A stretch of 25,178 bases of DNA from Bdellovibrionota bacterium. GTDB taxonomy: Bacteria; Bdellovibrionota_C; UBA2361; OMII01. The notes beneath the pieces are model-generated. The model was not told where the DNA came from. It was given only the letters and a program-made list of their open reading frames with translations, and ran no database searches. The DNA lies in contig JBIKWQ010000052.1 of assembly GCA_044356215.1 (NCBI GenBank), forward strand, positions 1 through 25,178, given 5' to 3'. The position numbers and the translations under genes were made by a program. Positions 1-7,262 of the stretch are shown here, one piece after another. How positions within the stretch are numbered: the first letter of the stretch is position 1; each line of letters begins with the position of its first letter.

Positions 1-762
1 TGTTCCGGAGATCTGCGACCTCACTTCAAACGGCTGCAAGCTCTGATTACTCTCAATAATCGCCAGAACCTCGCCCTTTTGAACTGGATCTCCTATGTGT
101 TTGCGCCCCTCTTTAACCACTCCCGCAAAACGCGGCATAACGTGCGCGAGTCTGTGCTCGCTAGGAAGGATCTTGCCCCGGATCCTTAGGGTGCGGGCAA
201 TCTTCCTAACCGCCGCGCGCTCTACCTTTACACCAGAGCTCTCCGCGACCTCTTTAGATATACTCACCCGCCCCTCTGGAGACGAATACTCCCAAGATAG
301 ATTCTTACCTCGACATTCCGCCGATACAGAGACATCGAATGAGTGCGGTTCTTTAACTTGATCCTCTGCGGCTGATTGTTCGTGATGCGACTCACCTTTA
401 TTAGCAGCTCCTCCACCACATCCAGCGAATAGCAGGCCTGAAGTCACTAGAAGAGAGAGGTATCCCCTAGGGGAGCGAGGCAAAACCTGCCCGTAGCGAG
501 AAAGTGGAGGTTGAGTTGATATTCGAGTTTCGTGATGAGAAAAAACCGCACCAGCCTTCGCCAAGGCTACGTCTGGTCCGATGAAAACCTCGCCGGCCGT
601 AGCTTTAGCGAAGGCCGGAGATGTATCCACGACTCGACTGAGCTCGCCGAAGTCTGAGATACATTGAGGATTTTTTCTCGTCGCGAAATTCGAAGAGCAG
701 CTAAAGATCTGCTTTCGCAGCAGGGAGGGGTTTTGCCTCGCTTCCCTAAAAGACTTTTGCAT
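1..762 (-). CDS. RND efflux periplasmic adaptor (CzcB/HelB-like), 5' part, runs off the window; carries a 93-codon in-frame palindromic insertion
   Basis: Manual translation: ATG at 762-760 directly follows the TolC TAA, with no stop down to base 1. MQKSF[93-aa insert]RGYLSLLVTSGLLFAGCGGG...VKEPHSFDVSVSAECRGKNLSWEYSSPEGRV...AHVMPRFAGVVKEGRKHIGDPVQKGEVLAIIESNQSLQPFEVRSQISGT. Shows lipoyl-half motifs of membrane fusion proteins, a lipobox FAGC and a His-containing linker. Not in the ORF track because the stop lies outside the window. Confidence 0.9.
   Translation of the reverse strand, partial: MQKSFREARQNPSLLRKQIFSCSSNFATRKNPQCISDFGELSRVVDTSPAFAKATAGEVFIGPDVALAKAGAVFSHHETRISTQPPLSRYGQVLPRSPRGYLSLLVTSGLLFAGCGGGAANKGESHHEQSAAEDQVKEPHSFDVSVSAECRGKNLSWEYSSPEGRVSISKEVAESSGVKVERAAVRKIARTLRIRGKILPSEHRLAHVMPRFAGVVKEGRKHIGDPVQKGEVLAIIESNQSLQPFEVRSQISGT
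551..618. repeat. REP-like inverted pair nested inside the 468-748 element
   Basis: CCAGCCTTCGCCAAGGCTACGTCTGG ... CCGGCCGTAGCTTTAGCGAAGGCCGG; the right arm reverse-complements to CCGGCCTTCGCTAAAGCTACGGCCGG. It interrupts the symmetric core of the outer element. Confidence 0.8.
631..654. repeat. 24-bp mini-palindrome nested in the central loop of the 468-748 element
   Basis: GACTCGACTGAGCTCGCCGAAGTC has GACT...AGTC ends and a central GAGCTC. It lies between the arms GATGTATC and GATACATT and encodes exactly 8 codons (DFGELSRV) in the adaptor frame. Confidence 0.6.
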
Positions 763-2040
763 TTAAATCTCCTCTCCTATTAAGACTGCTAAACGAGAAC
801 GGGCATTAACTGCCTCTAGCCAAACAGTTAGAGCTTCAAGCTGCGCGTCATTGTAGGTACGCAGGGTCTGCCACACCTGAAGAACATTCCCTTTTCCTTT
901 GGCGTAAAGCTGCTCTTGTGACTTAAGGGCTCCAGAGAACGCCGGCACGACCTTAGATTGAAATATCTGCGCCTGCTCCCTTGCGCTAGCAGCCGCGGCT
1001 CGCAGAGCCACTACCTGAGCTTCAAAACCTCCATCAGCAAGGAGCTCTCGTTTTCGTCTCGCGGCTTCCTGTTCCGCCACGGCGCTCTCTATAGATCCAC
1101 GATTGCGATTAAATACTGGAAGAGGAATGCTGATTCCAGCACCTACAAAGTCACCGCCATCGTTTGTGTGTTGATAAACCACTCGCGGCGCGAATTCCGG
1201 GATAGCATCTAGCTCAGCCAATCGGCGTTGCTCGGAGCTAAGTGCTGACACTAGCTCAACACGAGCTAGCTCTCCTATCTCACTGGCGCGCGCTTTATCG
1301 ATTAATACAGATTCGCTTGGAATATCGCCTAATCCAGATGGAGTTACAGCCTTCATCCCGCATGGGGTTCCTAATAAAAGGCTCTGCTCATAACGCAAAA
1401 CAGCCAAAGCAGATCTTAATCCAGCGCGTTGCGATTGAAGACGATACTTCTCACCTTCGAAGAGTTGGTGATCACCCTCAGATAGCAACCCCTTCTCCAC
1501 TCCTTCATGGATTAACTCAACTTTCTTAGTAGCCCTCTTCTCTGCCTCAGCGAGGATCTCATCGCTACGTTGCAAAACATACAGACTCGCGTACTGAGAC
1601 ACTAGCTTCTGAGTGAACTCAAGTAGCTTAGCTCTTCGTTGCTGATCGCCTGCGCTTCGAAGAAGTGTCGCCACACGAGATTTAGCGCCAAAATTTGAGA
1701 GCCTTAACGGCATCGCCAAGCTCGCGTTTGTTTGAGGATCGCTATCACCTCCGAGCTTCATCCTGGTGTAAACCTGTTCGAACTGAAGCTCTGGGTTTCT
1801 GAACACCTCAGTATCGTACGCCTTAGCGACCTCTCTGGCGTATTGACTATCGATCTCAGAAACCAGCGGACTTCGCTCAAGCGCTATCGCTCGAAATTCA
1901 TCTAGTGTTACCTGACGCAGACAAGACTCGGTTGATGTTGCCTGTTGGTACTGCTTGTTTGGGGAAGCGTTAGAGATACTCGGGGCCGCAAGTAGTAGTA
2001 GCCCAAAAATAAGACCGGGAAATGAGAGTGATAGAGGCAT
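763..2040 (-). CDS. TolC family outer-membrane efflux protein (CzcC-like)
   Basis: 425 aa with a signal peptide, two OEP-like halves (NPELQFE; GAGISIPLPVFNRNRGSI) and a C-terminal LAVLIG. Sits immediately upstream of the adaptor gene. Confidence 0.92.
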   Translation of the reverse strand: MPLSLSFPGLIFGLLLLAAPSISNASPNKQYQQATSTESCLRQVTLDEFRAIALERSPLVSEIDSQYAREVAKAYDTEVFRNPELQFEQVYTRMKLGGDSDPQTNASLAMPLRLSNFGAKSRVATLLRSAGDQQRRAKLLEFTQKLVSQYASLYVLQRSDEILAEAEKRATKKVELIHEGVEKGLLSEGDHQLFEGEKYRLQSQRAGLRSALAVLRYEQSLLLGTPCGMKAVTPSGLGDIPSESVLIDKARASEIGELARVELVSALSSEQRRLAELDAIPEFAPRVVYQHTNDGGDFVGAGISIPLPVFNRNRGSIESAVAEQEAARRKRELLADGGFEAQVVALRAAAASAREQAQIFQSKVVPAFSGALKSQEQLYAKGKGNVLQVWQTLRTYNDAQLEALTVWLEAVNARSRLAVLIGEEI

Positions 2041-2066
2041 GATAGAGACGTGATTTAGCTTTGGGG

Positions 2067-2095
2067 AGTATATGCTTAATATACCGTGCGGGCAA
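2067..2095 (-). promoter_or_regulatory. Candidate sigma70 promoter for the efflux operon
   Basis: Minus strand TTGCCC-N17-TATACT, ending 26 nt upstream of the TolC ATG. Confidence 0.5.
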
Positions 2096-2163
2096 GGTTG
2101 GTATAGCGCCCAGCAAAGATCGCTGGCATAATCACGAAAGCGTTTTAAAAAGCCAATTTAAGT

Positions 2164-2988
2164 ATGATCATTCCCCCAACCACCCTTTTAGAAATCGCTG
2201 TAGACGCGGCAAAACTCGCTGCCGAGCAGGCTCAGAAATATCGTCGCGAGCACTCCTTCTCTGTGTCTATGAAAGGAGACTTTAATTTAGTCACTAGCGC
2301 TGACCTGGCGTCTGAAAAAGTTATTCTTGAGCACCTCAAGAAACATCTCCCTGAACACAAGATTTTGTCTGAGGAGAGCGCTCAAACCTCCTCCCCTGAA
2401 GACTACGGCAAAGGATACACCTGGGTTATCGATCCGATTGATGGAACAACAAATTACGCCCACGATCACTTTCACGTTGGAATCTCAATCGCCTGCGCAC
2501 TGAATGGCGAAACCGTGGCGGCCGCTGTGGCTGCGCCCTTCTTAGATGAGATCTTTACCGCCACCAAAGGTGGAGGCGCGTTCCTAAATGGTAAACCGAT
2601 TAAATGCAAGCAAACTACAAATCTCTCAGACGCGCTGATCACAACTGGGTTTCCATATAGCCGAGCGAATGCTCACAATATCTGCGCACGTCTTGAGCGA
2701 ATATTGCCCTATTGTCGTGATATAAGACGCCTCGGTGCAGCGTCATTAGATCTCTGTTGGGTCGGCTGCGGACGACTGGACGCGTATTATGAAGAGTGTA
2801 TTCAATCGTGGGACGCCGCCGCTGGTGTACTAATAGCGAGAGAGGCCGGATGTGTCATCGATCACTTCGCCTATGATAGTGACTTGCAGAAGATGACCGT
2901 GCGGTACTCGGGCGATCTATTCGCTGATAACATCGTAGCTTGCGTACCAGGTATACATGCTGAATTGATGAGTATCTTAAACAGATGA
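2164..2988 (+). CDS. suhB: Inositol monophosphatase family protein
   Basis: Motifs LSEES, WVIDPIDGTTNY, RRLGAASLDLCWVGCGRLDAYYE and WDAAAG. Confidence 0.93.
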   Translation: MIIPPTTLLEIAVDAAKLAAEQAQKYRREHSFSVSMKGDFNLVTSADLASEKVILEHLKKHLPEHKILSEESAQTSSPEDYGKGYTWVIDPIDGTTNYAHDHFHVGISIACALNGETVAAAVAAPFLDEIFTATKGGGAFLNGKPIKCKQTTNLSDALITTGFPYSRANAHNICARLERILPYCRDIRRLGAASLDLCWVGCGRLDAYYEECIQSWDAAAGVLIAREAGCVIDHFAYDSDLQKMTVRYSGDLFADNIVACVPGIHAELMSILNR

Positions 2989-4115
2989 CCAATATCCAAG
3001 AGTACCTAAGCTTTTACTCTGACTCTTTCACCTCATCTCGTGCCCGATTTCTAGCAGAAACAGCGCGACTCGGTGCCCAGCTCCACTCCATCCAGATTCC
3101 AAGCGCTACCCACAAAAATGGAGATGATCTAGCGATCGACATAGCGGTCATCGGTGATATCAACGCGGATAAACACTTAGTCTGCAGTGCTGGAACTCAC
3201 GGAATTGAGGGATTTGTTGGGTCAGCTATTCAACTAGGTATTTTTAAAAGGATGCGACACCCCCCTGAAGGCTGCGCGCTAATCTTTGTGCATTGCTTAA
3301 ATCCCTGGGGAATGTCGAATTATAGACGCACTAATGAACAGAACGTCGACCTGAATCGGAATTGGCGACTACCTGACTCGGCTATCTCTCCGGCGCCGCC
3401 ACATTATGAGGATCTCAGACCAATACTATTACCTGAAACGCCTTGTTCCTTTCCGACCTTCACACTTAAAGCTCTCTCAAAGGTCGCCAAGCTCGGATTC
3501 CCTGCTGTAAAGCAGGCTGTCACAGGAGGCCAATATCTCGACCAAAACGGGTTGTTCTTCGGTGGCCACAAAGTACAGCCAGAACTTGAGCTCTTCGGAG
3601 AGTGGGCCAAAGCGCACCTCTCCCATTCAGAGAGAATAATCGCAATTGATATTCACTCTGGACTGGGTCGCTTTGGTGACTACACGTTGCTAATAGATCA
3701 TCACATAGATTCAGAGGAGCACTCAAGAGTGGTGGAGATATTTGGCGCGGAGAAGGTACACGGCCCTGATCCGAGACTAGGGATCTCTTATAAAACTTCC
3801 GGGTCGGCGGGAGAACTTCTTCCCTGCCTTCTGCCACAAACCAAGGTGGATCATCTGGTCCATGAATTTGGAACCTTGCATCCGTTTAAAGTTTTACATG
3901 CGCTGGTTCAGGAGAACTTCTACTACCATTCAAACCTTGTCACTAAAACTGGGGGTATCGAGCGTCCCGGCGCGCGACTTCTAAAGGATACCTTCTGCCC
4001 ACCCTCCGATCTTTGGCGCAGAAACGCTGTATCAAATGGACTGTTGATATTCGATACTGCCGTGACCCACCTGACTAACTGCAACTTCCTAGCCCCTTAC
4101 CTGCATCTCAACTAA
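2985..4115 (+). CDS. M14-like zinc metallopeptidase (DUF2817 family)
   Basis: GTHGIEG (HxxE), HCLNPWG, RRTNEQNVDLNRN, IDIHSG and HEFGT motifs. ATGA overlap with the upstream gene. Confidence 0.85.
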   Translation: MTNIQEYLSFYSDSFTSSRARFLAETARLGAQLHSIQIPSATHKNGDDLAIDIAVIGDINADKHLVCSAGTHGIEGFVGSAIQLGIFKRMRHPPEGCALIFVHCLNPWGMSNYRRTNEQNVDLNRNWRLPDSAISPAPPHYEDLRPILLPETPCSFPTFTLKALSKVAKLGFPAVKQAVTGGQYLDQNGLFFGGHKVQPELELFGEWAKAHLSHSERIIAIDIHSGLGRFGDYTLLIDHHIDSEEHSRVVEIFGAEKVHGPDPRLGISYKTSGSAGELLPCLLPQTKVDHLVHEFGTLHPFKVLHALVQENFYYHSNLVTKTGGIERPGARLLKDTFCPPSDLWRRNAVSNGLLIFDTAVTHLTNCNFLAPYLHLN

Positions 4116-4124
4116 GGGCAATTT

Positions 4125-7100
4125 ATGATCAAACTAGTCCTGTCACTGCTATTCCTGCCAATTGCTTTAATCGCTGGGGTACTCTGCGATAGAGCCAATG
4201 CGGACTCGCGTCGAGTTGGCGATGGCAAAGCGAGCCTAGTTTTCTATTCTCAGCAGGGTGAGGTTCTACGTGAAATACACGGACTTAATGGTGTCCTTGG
4301 GTGCATGACTGACCCTGATGGCTCGATTCTCTTCTCCTCCTCTGGGAAGAACGAGCTTCAGCGGATCGATCAACAAGGCAACATCTCGTCACTCTTTTCT
4401 CTTCAAGGGCAACCTAGCATTGTAAAACGCAACCAGAACGGAGAATACCTGGTGATTATGGGCTCTAAAGTTTTAATGCTCAACCCTGATGGCTCGACTA
4501 AATACTCCGTCTCCGCTGAGTTCATCTCTGATGTTGATTTCCATCCTGCAGGCGGGTTTCTGGCTGTTATCAACACATGGAATGGATCACTAGTTCACTA
4601 CGATTGGAATGGCAAAGAGATCTGGCGCTCCACCAAGGTTCGCGAATCACCACAATTCCTCGGTCCTCTCTACGGGATCACCAGCAGAGACTCTAACACT
4701 CACCTGGTCAGTGATGGCAACTACACTTACGAGGTCTCTCGTGATTATCAGATCACTAAAAAGCATAGTTTGAGAGCTATTCCGGGCGGCTCTGTGCCCC
4801 GTTATAGAGCAGATGGTGGAGTGTTTCTGTTCTCTACTTCAGAGATGTCCGCTGGCGCTCTGACGCCAGATGGCACCATCTCTGGATTCTCGTCTAATCT
4901 CGATGTTACCTGCGGTGATAGCTTACCTGATGGCCGATTTTTTCTGACCTTCTATCCTCGTCCGGCTGGTGAATGGAAGGGTCGATCATTTTATGCCGAC
5001 TACTCATCGATTAAGCCGAAGTTAACTTTTAGCTCAGTTGGTGGAGTTATAATACTTACGATCCTATGCTCGCTAGCCGTCGTATCTCTCACTCGCCGGT
5101 ATATGGCTGGAATCAACTGGCCCGCATGGCGCGAGGACTCAACGGGATCGAAAGCCCACATTCACCCTTCATCCAGATTATCTTCACGCAAAGGGTTTCT
5201 GACATCCTCGCTGCTGACGATGCTGATTCTCACCTTATTCGCTACTGGATGCTGGCTATTTAATCAGGGCATACTTCGGCTAAAAGCTCTTGAATTTGGC
5301 CCCTCGTCACTCTGGTTTATTGGGGGCGCATTCTCCGTAGCGGCATCGATTACTCTCCTTAATTACCTGTTAGCTTTACCGCGCGATTTTACGCGCTTTG
5401 GATTAACATCTCTCTACTCACGCTTTGAAAACAGGTTGTGGTGGCCGCTCCTGATAATCGGTGTTATCGCTGGCGGCGCCTGCTCCTACCTACACCAGAC
5501 AACTGGTGACACCAAACTCGCGGTAGCTCTCTGGTTCGCGGCTCCTATATTTTTTATCGGAGCTTTTAGATCAAAACAGATCGCCGACTCCGATCAAGAT
5601 CGATTTATATCTCGTCAACTACTGCCCCTACTTCTCTGCATTAGCGCGCTTATTAATTTTTGGCAGATCGGATTCTATCCAGACCTTCTTCACCACGATC
5701 ACGGCATCATCGGACAGTCAGCGCTTAAGATCCTGCTAGGTGATTGGAACCCCTTCTTCATTCTCGATCCGAACACCAATACAATGATGCGTCCGTGGCT
5801 CTTACCGATGAGCGCTACTCTGTACCTATTTGGCTATGACTATTGGGTACTCCGCGTCACCGCTGCTGTTTGGGGGATCGCTCTTGTTTACGCCACCTAT
5901 TTATTCGCGTCAACGATTAGCTCTAAGCGTCTTGGAATTATCGCCGCTACTTTCGCTGCGACGCACCACATCTTGCTGGTATATATAAGGCAGCCATACG
6001 TAACCGAATCAACCGCGCCATTCATGTTTTGTATGTACTTCTTGGTTTCAGCGCTAAAAACCGGCTCGTTAAGGAGTTGGGCCTGGTGCGGAGCTTGGGC
6101 CGGACTATCGATGTTATCAATCAGACAGTGCACTACATTCCCGTTTATATGGGGAACGCTGTTTATTTGCTGTTCTCTGCTATTTTTCAAGTCAATTTGG
6201 CGTAACAAGACAGGGCTTCTTGTATTGCTAATCAGCGGCCTGATTATAACAGGCCCCTTTATCTTAACGTTTGTTTCCGCTCCAAGTGGTGGAGCGTTAG
6301 TCGATAGACTCTCTCAAACATCGATCTTGTTTGGAACTAATCTAAAGCCAAATCCTGATCTTAAAGTTTGGGCACATCAGTTCGGCCGCTCATTCGGCGG
6401 CTTCCTTTTTTACACCGATGAAAGCCACTGGGGGATCACCACTCCCTCGCCTATTTTTCTAGCTTTCACCGCGTGTCTATTCATGACCGGTGTAGCGTAC
6501 CTAATCCTGAGACCTCTTAGAACCGCCGCTCCATTTATCCTGATCACAATACTTGTCAGCGTAACACTCGGCAGCGCCATGATCATGAGCCCGCCAAGTT
6601 ACTACCATTTCTTTGTGGGAATCATGATGGCTCTTGTAGCCGCCGCGATTCCACTGGAGCGGCTCTGGTCATGCGCCACAGTAATTAGTTATCGGCCGAT
6701 TAGCTACGCGATTAGGGCTCTAGTGATAGCTGCTGTGGTTTTCTTCGCGACAGAGAGTTTCTCTCCGTTCTGGAGGATCACAAATCGGCCGGCATCGTCT
6801 AGGGATCCTGCACTCGCGGCGTGGGGTCCTAATATCTACTCAGTTATGGGACGCTGGGTTGGAGACCACCAAAACACCCGATTCTATATCGTTAGACAAC
6901 CTCGTGGCGGATTCTCCTCTACCGATGGAATCTTTCATTTCTTAGGATTTTACTCAGACCTATCTGATATCATGTACGATCTCGATTCCGATATACCAGT
7001 AAAACCTGATGACTCATACGACGAGTTTCAAGTCGTGGTACTTCCTCAACGCGCTCAGGTCATACCCAGCCTAAAGAGCGTCTATCCAAACGGCAAATGG

Positions 7101-7250
7101 TCACGGCTTGGGTATGGAGTGCTTGAGCAACTAGAGTTTATCGATGTGCTAACGTTGAGCAAGCAAGACGTAAAAGAGGCGTTTGACGCCAAGAGAGTCC
7201 CGCCGCAGGTGCCGGGGGTTAGTAGTTTTGTGCTTAGGAAGACGGTGTAA
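4125..7250 (+). CDS. GT-C fold glycosyltransferase (ArnT/PMT, GT39/83-like) with an N-terminal exported beta-propeller-like domain
   Basis: Signal peptide, then ~270 aa of beta-rich repeats (DPDGSI, NPDGS, YDWNGKEIW, LPDGR), many TM segments, and ArnT/PMT-like motifs LLHHD, YLFGYDYWVLRVTAAVWG, YIRQPYVTES. Confidence 0.72.
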   Translation: MIKLVLSLLFLPIALIAGVLCDRANADSRRVGDGKASLVFYSQQGEVLREIHGLNGVLGCMTDPDGSILFSSSGKNELQRIDQQGNISSLFSLQGQPSIVKRNQNGEYLVIMGSKVLMLNPDGSTKYSVSAEFISDVDFHPAGGFLAVINTWNGSLVHYDWNGKEIWRSTKVRESPQFLGPLYGITSRDSNTHLVSDGNYTYEVSRDYQITKKHSLRAIPGGSVPRYRADGGVFLFSTSEMSAGALTPDGTISGFSSNLDVTCGDSLPDGRFFLTFYPRPAGEWKGRSFYADYSSIKPKLTFSSVGGVIILTILCSLAVVSLTRRYMAGINWPAWREDSTGSKAHIHPSSRLSSRKGFLTSSLLTMLILTLFATGCWLFNQGILRLKALEFGPSSLWFIGGAFSVAASITLLNYLLALPRDFTRFGLTSLYSRFENRLWWPLLIIGVIAGGACSYLHQTTGDTKLAVALWFAAPIFFIGAFRSKQIADSDQDRFISRQLLPLLLCISALINFWQIGFYPDLLHHDHGIIGQSALKILLGDWNPFFILDPNTNTMMRPWLLPMSATLYLFGYDYWVLRVTAAVWGIALVYATYLFASTISSKRLGIIAATFAATHHILLVYIRQPYVTESTAPFMFCMYFLVSALKTGSLRSWAWCGAWAGLSMLSIRQCTTFPFIWGTLFICCSLLFFKSIWRNKTGLLVLLISGLIITGPFILTFVSAPSGGALVDRLSQTSILFGTNLKPNPDLKVWAHQFGRSFGGFLFYTDESHWGITTPSPIFLAFTACLFMTGVAYLILRPLRTAAPFILITILVSVTLGSAMIMSPPSYYHFFVGIMMALVAAAIPLERLWSCATVISYRPISYAIRALVIAAVVFFATESFSPFWRITNRPASSRDPALAAWGPNIYSVMGRWVGDHQNTRFYIVRQPRGGFSSTDGIFHFLGFYSDLSDIMYDLDSDIPVKPDDSYDEFQVVVLPQRAQVIPSLKSVYPNGKWSRLGYGVLEQLEFIDVLTLSKQDVKEAFDAKRVPPQVPGVSSFVLRKTV

Positions 7251-7262
7251 TAAGGGGCAGCG

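Larger units (their letters stand above)
468..748. mobile_element. MITE-like / RPE1-like palindromic element with ~80-bp imperfect terminal inverted repeats and TA at both ends
   Basis: Left end TAGGGGAGCGAGGCAAAACC (468) matches the reverse complement of the right end, TAGGGAAGCGAGGCAAAACC (748), at 19/20. Arm similarity continues to GAGAAAAAACCGCA / GAGAAAAAATCCTCA. Core CCGCA..ATGTAT...ATACATTGAGGATT resembles the Rickettsia RPE1 core. A second copy starts at 25111. Confidence 0.88.

Noticed and set aside
95..361. 88-aa + strand ORF
   Set aside because: Antisense shadow of the adaptor gene found on the minus strand.
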